NCBI GenBank assembly: GCA_015059155.1
Contig: SVAX01000003.1
Coordinates: 28,473-92,472 of the forward strand
Length of the DNA: 64,000 bases
Direction: 5' to 3'
Source: Bacillota bacterium
GTDB lineage: Bacteria > Bacillota_I > Bacilli_A > RF39 > UBA660
Shown here piece after piece: positions 55,882-64,000 of this stretch (its first letter is position 1; each line of letters begins with the position of its first letter). Both the position numbers and the translations under genes were made by a program. Below the pieces are notes generated by a model. It was not told the DNA's origin and made no database searches. It saw only the letters and a program-made list of their open reading frames with translations.

Positions 55882-56214
55882 TTAAATTTCTATTATTTCT
55901 AGTGTTTCGTTCATCTTCGATTCTGTATCGGCTAGGGCATTCATAAAAGCTGAATATTCTTCTATAGCAAATTTAATGACATTTGCAACACTATGTTCTT
56001 TTTCATAACTTTCCAATAATTTAATTGCTAAATTAGGATTTACATCACTATGATTTTTAATAAACAAGCTAGTCCATAATAAATCATAATAAGTTAGTGG
56101 TTTATTTTCAAAATCTACTATAGAAAACCCATTTGACTCTAACCACTTAATAGAGTTTCTATTCATCTCTAAATTATAAGTTTTATCATTTATTTTTAAT
56201 TTTAATTGTTTCAT
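55882..56214 (-). CDS. phage tail assembly chaperone (G-like)
   Basis: Position after the major tail gene. Start trimmed to MKQLKLKIND. Confidence 0.65.
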   Translation of the reverse strand: MKQLKLKINDKTYNLEMNRNSIKWLESNGFSIVDFENKPLTYYDLLWTSLFIKNHSDVNPNLAIKLLESYEKEHSVANVIKFAIEEYSAFMNALADTESKMNETLEIIEI

Positions 56215-56235
56215 CGTTTTTCCCTCTTTCATTTA

Positions 56236-56682
56236 TTAATTAGTTGCTATTTTAGTTGAAACTTCACTTGAAGTTAAATATGTTGGAGCAACACTTGGAA
56301 CTGTATGTAAAGTACATTCTATTGCACTACCAACAGATACTTCATTAATCCAAGTTTGTAATGTTCCTTTATATTCAACACCAGTTCCATCAGGTAACTT
56401 AATTAAAATATCTTTTGTTGAATTATCACAAACTTCTTGAACATTTGATAAATTAGATTCTGTATAGTTATATGTGAAATCCATATCTCCAGTATCAGGT
56501 CTATCTGCTACATATACTTTAGTCGGATCACTAGATGTTGTTATTTCAACTGTTCCACCAGCTTGTCCTGTTGCAGGCATACCTTTAACAGCAACTAAAA
56601 TCGCTTTTGAATAAGTTTGTTCAGTTGTTTCTTTAACTCTTAATTCAATTCCTAAATCAATATATCCATTCATTTTATTCAC
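56236..56682 (-). CDS. phage major tail protein
   Basis: 148 aa, immediately upstream of the chaperone pair, with a strong GAGAGGTG SD. Confidence 0.7.
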   Translation of the reverse strand: MNKMNGYIDLGIELRVKETTEQTYSKAILVAVKGMPATGQAGGTVEITTSSDPTKVYVADRPDTGDMDFTYNYTESNLSNVQEVCDNSTKDILIKLPDGTGVEYKGTLQTWINEVSVGSAIECTLHTVPSVAPTYLTSSEVSTKIATN

Positions 56683-56709
56683 CTCTCATTGTAATTCCCT
56701 TACAATTTG

Positions 56710-56718
56710 AGTGCTACT
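56710..56718 (-). promoter_or_regulatory. AGTAGCACT motif copy (upstream of the major tail gene; contains the upstream TAG stop)
   Basis: Minus strand ATAGTAGCACTCAAATTGTAAGGGAATTACAATGAGAGGTG. CAC/UCA/UUGUAA pair with UUACAA/UGA/GUG, reaching into the SD. Confidence 0.5.
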
Positions 56719-57169
56719 ATAAAGGATAAATAACTAATTTATCAATTCCATATTTTGTATCTAATTTACCACTAATTCTCACATAGTTTCTATGTATGTC
56801 AGAATCTATATTTGGCATATCATATTCTACTTTTATAGATACCTTATAATTATTCTTAAAATATTCAATTACTTTATTTGTAACTTCATCACAAACTGTT
56901 TTTTTTGATATTTTTAAATTATTAGTATATTTATCTTGAGTATATATATTTATTTCTATTCCGAAAGTATAAGTTTCTTCTCCATAAGATAAATTATTAT
57001 ATTTATTTTCTATAGGTAATAATTTAACTGGTACTATAGGAAAAACTTTACTTTCTTGTGTTTGTTTTTTTGTAACTTTTGGACTATATATTGAATTACT
57101 TTCAACATACTCTTTTAAACTAGTATATATATGATTATTAAATATATTTTCTACTAACATACTTATCAC
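56717..57169 (-). CDS. phage tail completion/terminator-like protein
   Basis: Position only. Confidence 0.4.
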   Translation of the reverse strand: MISMLVENIFNNHIYTSLKEYVESNSIYSPKVTKKQTQESKVFPIVPVKLLPIENKYNNLSYGEETYTFGIEINIYTQDKYTNNLKISKKTVCDEVTNKVIEYFKNNYKVSIKVEYDMPNIDSDIHRNYVRISGKLDTKYGIDKLVIYPL

Positions 57170-57714
57170 CCACTTAATGAATTTATAAAACTTTGATATT
57201 GTTCATCGTTAATAGCACACTCTGTTGCTATAGAATAAAACTCTTTCATTTTTTCTTTTAACATAACTTCAAGGTCATAAAACATATGCTTTGCTTTCAT
57301 ACCATAAGTACTAACATAGCTTTCAATATCTTCATTATAATAAACCCATCTTCCATTTTTATCTTTATAAGATGTTTGAATATTATATTGATAGTTTTGT
57401 GAGTTAGGATGAGTTCCTGATCCTACAATACCAGTTCCATATTCATTAAATATAACAACCCAATCATTAGTCCAAATTCTAAATCCATAACCATTATCTG
57501 TTATTTCTTTGTTTAAGTTTTTTATATGATTTGATAAATTAGTTCTTTTAAATATTTCAATCATCAGATTATAACTTAAGTTCATTAAATCATAAGTAGC
57601 TAATTTAATGTTTTTTTGAAATCTATTCTTTATCTTCTGAAGTTGGATTGTTGCTTCCTGTATGCTTTTTTGGGATAGATTTACTATTATTTGTTTCATT
57701 AGGCTTTTCCTCAA
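57166..57714 (-). CDS. HK97 gp10-like head-tail joining protein
   Basis: Size, position and N-terminal pattern. The start is uncertain because of the overlap with 57623..57817. Confidence 0.45.
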   Translation of the reverse strand: MRKSLMKQIIVNLSQKSIQEATIQLQKIKNRFQKNIKLATYDLMNLSYNLMIEIFKRTNLSNHIKNLNKEITDNGYGFRIWTNDWVVIFNEYGTGIVGSGTHPNSQNYQYNIQTSYKDKNGRWVYYNEDIESYVSTYGMKAKHMFYDLEVMLKEKMKEFYSIATECAINDEQYQSFINSLSG

Positions 57715-57817
57715 TAGTTTTCTTAGCTTTACTTGTTACTAATTTATAACCACATTTTATATATTTTTCTTTGGTTTCTTTATCATATACAACTATTCCA
57801 TTCGTAAATTTATACAT
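57623..57817 (-). CDS. small phage protein (64 aa), overlaps the next gene by 92 nt
   Basis: ORF track only. Confidence 0.3.
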   Translation of the reverse strand: MYKFTNGIVVYDKETKEKYIKCGYKLVTSKAKKTIEEKPNETNNSKSIPKKHTGSNNPTSEDKE

Positions 57818-57824
57818 AAAGCAC

Positions 57825-58202
57825 CTACTTTCCTTCTATTTTTTCTAAATAAATAACAATCACAGAATTGCCATTTCTAGGTGGCAATAATCTATAATTT
57901 GCATTTTCTCCATTAACTATTTCTTCCTTTGGAGATACACCATCTAAATAAGCTACATCAAATTCTTTAAACATATTTATGTATGCTATCGGAATTACCA
58001 TTTTTTTCATTATGCTACATTTTTCACCAAACTCTACTATTTCGGAATATGAATTAACTGGTTGATAATTAAATTCATAATATGTTGGTTTATCATAAAT
58101 AACTATTTCATTATCTTCATCATCAACTTCAACTTTTAACTTTTTAGATATATATATTTTTTTATTCCAATCCATAGGATTAGCTTTAATATCTAAAATC
58201 AT
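57825..58202 (-). CDS. phage head closure/head-tail adaptor protein
   Basis: Position after the gp6-like connector. Confidence 0.45.
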   Translation of the reverse strand: MILDIKANPMDWNKKIYISKKLKVEVDDEDNEIVIYDKPTYYEFNYQPVNSYSEIVEFGEKCSIMKKMVIPIAYINMFKEFDVAYLDGVSPKEEIVNGENANYRLLPPRNGNSVIVIYLEKIEGK

Positions 58203-58534
58203 TTAGGAACTCCAGCTTTAGGAATTAACTCATTCATTAAACTAGTTGAAATTAATCCAGTTAAGAAAGTTACTGATAAACCATTTTCACTATAGGATTG
58301 TACATTTGTAGTACCAATTTTTCTATATAATTCTATAGCACAACGAGTTTGCCAATTTTTTAATCTAAAATTGTTAGGCAATTCTTTAATTTCTAAATTA
58401 TAAGGATAAAGTGTATTTAGAGCCACAACTTCTGCATTCTTTAACATAATGATAAAAATGTCATCTTTAGAATTATCAAATATATTACCTAATATTTCTA
58501 ATTGCATTATTTTTAGTTGTTCTTCTTGACTCAT
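58199..58534 (-). CDS. phage gp6-like head-tail connector protein
   Basis: 111 aa, first gene after the capsid gene, with a typical helical pattern. Confidence 0.55.
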   Translation of the reverse strand: MSQEEQLKIMQLEILGNIFDNSKDDIFIIMLKNAEVVALNTLYPYNLEIKELPNNFRLKNWQTRCAIELYRKIGTTNVQSYSENGLSVTFLTGLISTSLMNELIPKAGVPK

Positions 58535-58558
58535 AAATACACTTCCTATCTAATAAAA

Positions 58559-59572
58559 CTACCCTGATACTTCTTCAGTTACAGTTACAATTTTTTGACC
58601 TGTTGGAGCAACAAATTCAGTAGATAAATTTGTGATTTTTCCATGATACCATTCTGGTCCGTGGTCTAATCCAATTTGCCCAAATAATTGATACTTAGTT
58701 CCAGCGCCTTGTTTAGCTAATTCTTCTAAGAAGAAATTTCCTTTTCCAGGTGTTGGTTGTTCAACTGGTCCTACAACAGATGGATTTATAACTAATGCTG
58801 TTCCTTCAGGAATAAATTCACCTAATCCTAATCTAACAGTTGTTCCAACTGGTAAAATTAAATCTCTTACTTGAATACCATAAGAAGTCATATATTCTTT
58901 TCCTACAGGCATTCCTAATTCAATAGCATTACCATGTAATTGTAATAAGTTTACAGAGTTTAATAAGATAATTAAGTTATCTATTTCTCCTCCAGCATTA
59001 CTTATTAATGAAACTACATCATTAACTAACCATAAGTCTAATTTAGAACCATTTGCATCTTTTGTATTTGTAGAAATAGCTTCTACCATACCTCTTGTTT
59101 TATTAACTTCTGTATCTGAAGTTGCTTTATTATATTTTCCTTGAATAAATGTTTTTTCAATACTTCTTTTTAATTTTTCCATTTTTCTTGCAACTTGAAA
59201 ATCTAATTCATTTTGTGGATTAGCACTTTGTCCAGCTAAATTAACTCCACTTAATGTTGCCATATTTGATTGTTTAGCATAACTAATTGCTACAGCATCC
59301 ATAAAGATTTGAGTAACATTTGATAATTGATTTCTTGTTACAAATGATGCTGATGGAGCAGTTAATGATGCTGTTTCACTAATTTCAGGAATTTCACCTT
59401 CTTCACTAGAGAAATATTGTCCTGTAACAAATTCAACTGAATTAGTATATTTTACATTTCCACTAATCATGTTTAAAAATGGAGTTTTTGTATTTGCTTT
59501 GTTATATAACAACCCTGAATAGTTAGGGCAATTAAAAGATTGTACAGTTTCTGTTCCGTTCATTGTTTTCAC
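58559..59572 (-). CDS. phage major capsid protein
   Basis: 337 aa, following the scaffold gene. Confidence 0.8.
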   Translation of the reverse strand: MKTMNGTETVQSFNCPNYSGLLYNKANTKTPFLNMISGNVKYTNSVEFVTGQYFSSEEGEIPEISETASLTAPSASFVTRNQLSNVTQIFMDAVAISYAKQSNMATLSGVNLAGQSANPQNELDFQVARKMEKLKRSIEKTFIQGKYNKATSDTEVNKTRGMVEAISTNTKDANGSKLDLWLVNDVVSLISNAGGEIDNLIILLNSVNLLQLHGNAIELGMPVGKEYMTSYGIQVRDLILPVGTTVRLGLGEFIPEGTALVINPSVVGPVEQPTPGKGNFFLEELAKQGAGTKYQLFGQIGLDHGPEWYHGKITNLSTEFVAPTGQKIVTVTEEVSG

Positions 59573-59604
59573 CTCGTATAAAATTTTCTATCCCTTTTTT
59601 TACG

Positions 59605-59613
59605 AGTGCTACT
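59605..59613 (-). promoter_or_regulatory. AGTAGCACT motif copy (upstream of the major capsid gene)
   Basis: Minus strand TAAATAAAGTAGCACTCGTAAAAAAAGGGATAGAAAATTTTATACGAGGTG. CAC-UCGUA pairs with UACGA-G-GUG (SD). Confidence 0.5.
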
Positions 59614-59617
59614 TTAT

Positions 59618-60250
59618 TTAAATTTTAGGTTTGTTTTGTTCTTGAAATATTTGAGTCATTAAACTAGTTTGTTTAATTACATCTTTATCTTTAATAGCTT
59701 GTTGTAACTCTTTTTGTAATGATTCTAATTTAGTAACATTAGAAGAACTATCAACTCCACCAATAGGTTTTGGAGTATCTTTTAACAACTTAGTAGTTGT
59801 TTCTTTTTCAGTATTAGTTTTAGTTTTATTTAGTAAAGATATAAAACTATTAGTTAATTTAATTGACTTATCTAAATCTTCACTAATAATATTTTGTAAA
59901 GTTTCTTTTAATTCAGTATCTTCATCTGTAACTTTAATACCATTATCTAAAAGCAAACTTTTAACTGCCAACTCACTAGCTTTAATATTATTTTGTTTAA
60001 CCTTTTCAGCTAACTCATTTTCTTTAGCTTGATTTAATTCATCTTCTGTCATTTTCGATTTTTTATAATCATTAAATTCATTTTGTAAAGTAGAATAATT
60101 AGACTCACTAGTTTTTAACCTTGTACTTAAATCATTATATTTATCTTTAGGAATTACTAATGTTGCTAATCCTTTTTTTATAGCTTCTACCTTTTCTTCG
60201 TTTGTTACATAAGTTTCATCACTTAATACATTTTCAATAACTTCATTCAT
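59618..60250 (-). CDS. phage scaffolding protein
   Basis: 210 aa, acidic coiled coil, between portal and capsid. Confidence 0.7.
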   Translation of the reverse strand: MNEVIENVLSDETYVTNEEKVEAIKKGLATLVIPKDKYNDLSTRLKTSESNYSTLQNEFNDYKKSKMTEDELNQAKENELAEKVKQNNIKASELAVKSLLLDNGIKVTDEDTELKETLQNIISEDLDKSIKLTNSFISLLNKTKTNTEKETTTKLLKDTPKPIGGVDSSSNVTKLESLQKELQQAIKDKDVIKQTSLMTQIFQEQNKPKI

Positions 60251-60374
60251 TCTATAACCTTTCCCACTCTTACGCTTTTATAGTTGCCACGTTCCAACAA
60301 TTGAGTGTCATACAATTATGCTCTGTATGATGAGCAAATTTTTATATAAACTAAATTAATAGTTTGTACCTTAA

Positions 60375-60451
60375 TGGTCTGGTATAAAGGATTTGAACCT
60401 CTAATTACTACATCCCAAATGTAGAGCCTTACCAACTTTGGCCAATACCAG
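60375..60451 (-). tRNA. phage-encoded tRNA-Pro (TGG), CCA encoded
   Basis: Folded by eye: CTGGTAT/ATACCAG acceptor, anticodon loop TTTGGGA, T-loop TTCAAAT. Confidence 0.7.
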
Positions 60452-60452
60452 A

Positions 60453-60526
60453 TGGAGAGCCATGTCAGAATTGAACTGACACCAATAGATTGGAAGTCTA
60501 CTATTCTACCTTTAAACTAATGACTC
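60453..60526 (-). tRNA. phage-encoded tRNA-Gly (TCC), CCA encoded
   Basis: GAGTCAT/ATGGCTC acceptor, anticodon loop CTTCCAA, T-loop TTCAATT. Confidence 0.7.
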
Positions 60527-60527
60527 A

Positions 60528-60602
60528 TGGCAAATCGACTAGGACTTGAACCCAGATAAACGGTTTTGGAGACCGACATGTTACCAATTACATCATCGAC
60601 TT
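60528..60602 (-). tRNA. phage-encoded tRNA-Trp (CCA), CCA end encoded
   Basis: AAGTCGA/TCGATTT acceptor (one G-U), anticodon loop CTCCAAA, T-loop TTCAAGT. Confidence 0.65.
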
Positions 60603-60612
60603 ATATAGAAGA

Positions 60613-62133
60613 TTATTTTTTATCTTCTATTTCTTTACTTTCTTTTTTATCGTTATTTTCATTAATTTGTTTACTAGCTTTGTCTACAAATAATTTAATC
60701 CAATTTTCTACACCACCATAGAAATCCATAGATTTATTAAATGCCTCATTAGTATCACTATATAAACCACTTGTTGTCATAGCAACATCTGGAGCAATAC
60801 CACTTTGTATTTGATTCATTAAACCTTGTGATTTAACTAGGAAATTATCTGATTTATTTCTTGTAAATTTCTGGTCTATATCTTTTAATGATAATGATTT
60901 GATTTCACTATCTGGAGATAATTTACAAATTCTTAAAATTAAATTTATTTCAGGTTTAGCACACCTTTTAAATTCCATTTCATCTTGTCTTGCTCTAGCA
61001 TCAGCCATAGTCCAACCTTCGCCAAGTTCTCTTGCTGATCCTGTATCCCCACCACTTGATTTTTCATTATTTTTAGGAATACCTATAATATTTAAAGCCG
61101 CATTAAATAATCTATCGTGTAAAACTTTAGTATTCTTATGGTCAATATTATTTGATAATAGCTTTAAATCAGCAGGTCTACTAGGATCAGAAGTAGCTAT
61201 CTTCACAGCACCTAAATCTAATAAATCTTCATAATCTTCTTTATCAATATCTTGATTGACAAATACTAAAATACTTTGAATAAATTGTTCTAAACCATCT
61301 ATTTCATCAGATGTTACTTTATTTAATTGATTTAATAAATCCATAACAATTTCAATTATTCCTAATCTTGACTTATTTAAATAATATTCAAATATAGGAA
61401 TATCACCTAAAATATGGTATTTAACAAATTTAACATCAAAGTTTGTTGAAAAACTATCTTTATCAAAAGTATAAAAAGCATTATTTGTATATATACTTCC
61501 AACTATTGATGTATCTTTTACATTTTTAGTATAAGTACAAGCAAATAATCTTTTATGTGGTAAATAACTTGAATAAACAATAAATGTAGTTTTACTATCT
61601 AAATTTTCTATTTCAAAAGGACTATCTTCATTATCACTAGGCAAAACTAATCTATGTCCTATTCCTGATATATATAAACTTTCAGCAAGTTCTGTATCTT
61701 TTGGATATTTATCTTCGGCTAACATATAACTATTTAAAATTCCAACTTCATTATTTGCTACTTCTCCCCTTTGAACATATTGTATAGGTTCTCCAAATAC
61801 ATAGCTCTTTTTAAACTCAGTTACAAAGTAAGCATTGTTTTCAACTACTGTATTATTTATTGTTGGTCTTATTTCTTTAGTCTTTCCTAATATGGGTTGA
61901 TAACCTTTATAATATTTTTCCAAATAATCAATTTCTAATGAGTTATTTAAATGCACACTAAATACATCATTCAATATCTTAGAAATCGTATTTTCATCCA
62001 TATCTTCTTGTTTATAGTCTGCATATATAATTTTTCTACCAAACAATCTCATTTCTGGAGGTCCAATTCTAACATTGGTTATTGTTTGAGTAGGAATGTT
62101 TGCATTTACTTTTTCTTCCTTTACTTCTTCCAT
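60613..62133 (-). CDS. phage portal protein
   Basis: 506 aa, first large structural gene after the terminase, SPP1 gp6-like length and pattern. Confidence 0.8.
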   Translation of the reverse strand: MEEVKEEKVNANIPTQTITNVRIGPPEMRLFGRKIIYADYKQEDMDENTISKILNDVFSVHLNNSLEIDYLEKYYKGYQPILGKTKEIRPTINNTVVENNAYFVTEFKKSYVFGEPIQYVQRGEVANNEVGILNSYMLAEDKYPKDTELAESLYISGIGHRLVLPSDNEDSPFEIENLDSKTTFIVYSSYLPHKRLFACTYTKNVKDTSIVGSIYTNNAFYTFDKDSFSTNFDVKFVKYHILGDIPIFEYYLNKSRLGIIEIVMDLLNQLNKVTSDEIDGLEQFIQSILVFVNQDIDKEDYEDLLDLGAVKIATSDPSRPADLKLLSNNIDHKNTKVLHDRLFNAALNIIGIPKNNEKSSGGDTGSARELGEGWTMADARARQDEMEFKRCAKPEINLILRICKLSPDSEIKSLSLKDIDQKFTRNKSDNFLVKSQGLMNQIQSGIAPDVAMTTSGLYSDTNEAFNKSMDFYGGVENWIKLFVDKASKQINENNDKKESKEIEDKK

Positions 62134-62159
62134 TATTTCACCACTTTTCTATTTGGAAG

Positions 62160-62265
62160 TTCCCAAATAAGAAAATAAGGGAACACAACTATAAATAAAT
62201 TTACGGTTATGCTCCCGCGTAGCACTTCGAGTAACCAATGAAGGGAAAAACTTGATTACTCGTGT
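62160..62265 (-). other. GC-rich structured non-coding element upstream of the portal gene
   Basis: Minus-strand helices CGAGUAA...UUACUCG, GUGCU-ACGCGGG-AGCAU and GUUCCC...GGGAAC. Contains AGUGCUAC, the complement of the AGTAGCACT motif core. Confidence 0.35.
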
Positions 62266-62283
62266 ATATTTATATAATAAATA

Positions 62284-62309
62284 TAAAAAAAAAGACATCT
62301 ATGATGTCT
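62284..62309 (-). terminator. intrinsic terminator after the membrane moron
   Basis: AGACATC-ATA-GATGTCT plus U9 on the minus strand. Confidence 0.75.
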
Positions 62310-62366
62310 AAAAATCAAATATATATTTGATTAATTCTTATTCTAATCAATAAATTGTAATTTGTA

Positions 62367-62786
62367 TTATTTTTTCTTTTTATTTTTTATTAACAAAATA
62401 CCAATTACTATAAGTATTATTGATGGTATTAAAAACTCAACACTTCTAACTATTACATTTAAATAAAATGGTGCTGAATTCATATAGCTATGTAAATAAT
62501 CAACATCTAATACAACTAAATATAATAATACCAATAGTAATGCTACAAACAATAAAACTAATCCTATAATTTTTTTTATTTCTAACTTTTCTTTTTTTAT
62601 CACTCTTTTAACAATGTAAGTTATAGAAATTGCTAAGTATTCCAATATAGCAAAAATTGATATTAAATATAATGATGTTAATAATGTCGGTAAGCTACCA
62701 AAATGATAAATACTAAATATCTCTGCAAATATAAATGTTAAAACTAATGTAATAATAGTTAATATTATAATCGTTCCCTTTTTCAT
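62367..62786 (-). CDS. polytopic small membrane protein (moron between terminase and portal)
   Basis: 139 aa with about 4 TM segments, its own TGaTATAAT promoter, GGAGG SD and terminator. Confidence 0.65.
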   Translation of the reverse strand: MKKGTIIILTIITLVLTFIFAEIFSIYHFGSLPTLLTSLYLISIFAILEYLAISITYIVKRVIKKEKLEIKKIIGLVLLFVALLLVLLYLVVLDVDYLHSYMNSAPFYLNVIVRSVEFLIPSIILIVIGILLIKNKKKK

Positions 62787-62852
62787 ATTTTCCTCCTAAC
62801 AAACAAATTGCTATTTATCTGTCATTTATATTATATCATACATATAATTTTA

Positions 62853-64000
62853 TTAAAATACTCTTCTAATTGATTTAGGTTTAGATAATTCTCCTTTGCC
62901 TAGTATAATTTCACTTGCATACATACAAATAGAATCACAAGCATCATCATGTAAATTAGGTTTATCAAAAGAATACTTTGTCATATTATCCATAAGTCTA
63001 CCAATATCATTATTAGGTTTAACAAGTGATTTATCTGGAAATATCATTTGTTTTTGAACTATACCCCTATTGTTTTTTATTCTTTCTTCTTTTTTTATGG
63101 TATTAAATTTTTCTACTATAGTACACCATGTAATACCTCTGTTCACCAATTTTTCAGTTAATAAGTTTTTTAAGGATGTATCTATATTGTTTTCTATTAC
63201 AAGCATAGTAATAGTATTAGTAATTATTTTTTCAATTATTTCATCATATAAATCATCCATAGCTTTTTGTTTAAATATAGCATCAATTAAATAATGATTT
63301 CCATTATTATCATTTTTAAAAATTGGCATAGAAACATTATCTCTTCCTTTTCTTGCTGTATCTAATGTTGCCATAGAATTACTTGTTAAATTATTAGGTA
63401 AATCAATATATGTTCTTATACATTCCCAAGCAAATTCTCTACCTGTTGGTGCTATCGGATCTTGCTGATAAACACAACTAAATAAAAATGGGTCCGTAGT
63501 ATCTTTTATTTGTTCAGCAATTTCCTGTGGATATACTTCTTCACAAGTTGTCTTACCATCTTTGTCTATCATAGGTACTCTTATTACAATAGTTGATTTA
63601 TCTTCACTTTCCATAACATATGGATTAGCAGTTTCTTTTAATAAAGATACTTTGTTTCTATCTTCAATAACTCTATTTAATATATCTTCAGGAGTCCATT
63701 GAGTTCCTACAAATATAAACTTACAATTCTTACCATCTCTTCTATTCCACCATTCTGTCAACCATTTATCATAAATACCTTTATGTGTACTTTCACTATT
63801 AGCTTCTTCAGCACCTTTAGTCATATCATCAAATATAATTGCAAATGAAGCTCTTTCTCCTGTTGTTGATCCGTTTCTAGTTCTTGCTATATGATTAGAT
63901 TTAGGTACATTAGCATTTTTTATTTTCCAATCACTTTCTCTTTCAACTTCAAAAGGTTTACCTTTATATAATTGAAATAAAGTAAATATTTCAGCAAACT
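62853..64000 (-). CDS. terL: phage terminase large subunit (5' end beyond the window)
   Basis: The frame stays open upstream of the ORF-track start (triplets 63825-63998 checked, no stop). Walker B-like IIFDD lies just before M-T-K-G, and the C-terminal nuclease has the HDDACDS motif. Confidence 0.85.
   Translation of the reverse strand, partial: FAEIFTLFQLYKGKPFEVERESDWKIKNANVPKSNHIARTRNGSTTGERASFAIIFDDMTKGAEEANSESTHKGIYDKWLTEWWNRRDGKNCKFIFVGTQWTPEDILNRVIEDRNKVSLLKETANPYVMESEDKSTIVIRVPMIDKDGKTTCEEVYPQEIAEQIKDTTDPFLFSCVYQQDPIAPTGREFAWECIRTYIDLPNNLTSNSMATLDTARKGRDNVSMPIFKNDNNGNHYLIDAIFKQKAMDDLYDEIIEKIITNTITMLVIENNIDTSLKNLLTEKLVNRGITWCTIVEKFNTIKKEERIKNNRGIVQKQMIFPDKSLVKPNNDIGRLMDNMTKYSFDKPNLHDDACDSICMYASEIILGKGELSKPKSIRRVF

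Larger units (their letters stand above)
36193..64000. mobile_element. integrated siphovirus-type prophage (incomplete in window) plus cargo; structural/lysis core 42632-64000, left boundary inferred
   Basis: Contiguous minus-strand terminase-portal-capsid-tail-lysis module. It is followed by XRE genes, secreted-protein genes, a yolD/umuC-like pair and a tRNA-end fragment. The integrase/lysogeny end would lie beyond 64000. Confidence 0.7.

Noticed and set aside
60251-60374. Fourth tRNA or tRNA-like gene after tRNA-Pro.
   Set aside because: There is one stem-loop (TCATACA...TGTATGA) but no acceptor stem or T-loop, and no cloverleaf could be drawn.

Overview
Very AT-rich, low-GC Firmicute chromosome segment, coded almost entirely on the minus strand. 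The taxon guess is a spore-former lineage, possibly Erysipelotrichia/Clostridia-like, and is low confidence.

Positions 1-36 kb are core genes: holA (partial), smc, a GT4 glycosyltransferase, ylmC/ymxH, dagK, sigG, fhs, ftsZ, ftsA, an RNase J, two tandem prepilin-type proteins, obg, a GNAT, a NUDIX hydrolase, an ABC-F ATPase, a DAACS transporter, a DUF1846 protein, asnS-gatBAC, 2x tRNA-Asn, yigZ, a sortase-anchored adhesin, tsf, rpsB and an NlpC/P60 protein.

From about 36.2 kb (a tRNA 3'-end fragment followed by its terminator, taken as a putative att scar) to the window end lies an integrated siphovirus-type prophage read on the minus strand. Its gene order is TerL (partial), a membrane moron, portal, 3 tRNAs, scaffold, capsid, connectors, major tail, chaperones, tape measure, Dit/Tal, fibre, two DUF285/BspA-like LRR proteins, holin and an M23 endolysin. 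Cargo follows: XRE regulators, secreted proteins and a LexA-boxed yolD/umuC-like pair.

The most interesting signals are not in the ORF track:
1. Three paralogous convergent small-hydrophobic-ORF/antisense-RNA modules (type I toxin-antitoxin-like, par/Fst-style architecture) sit at 7.8, 21.7 and 24.9 kb. Their RNA-RNA complementarities co-vary between copies, and one copy is broken in a T-homopolymer.
2. A 9-mer, AGTAGCACT, occurs four times in the prophage. Each copy lies immediately 5' of a hairpin that sequesters the ribosome-binding site of a major structural gene.
3. An Asn-specifier T-box leader reads directly into two tRNA-Asn genes and then gatCAB-asnS.
4. A perfect 37-bp duplication of the sigG translation-initiation region creates an upstream ORF.
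5. Attenuator-like leaders precede the GNAT and ABC-F genes.
6. A GC-rich mosaic patch lies in and just downstream of a pseudopilin gene.

All functional calls come from reading the sequence and recognising families by eye. No database search was run.
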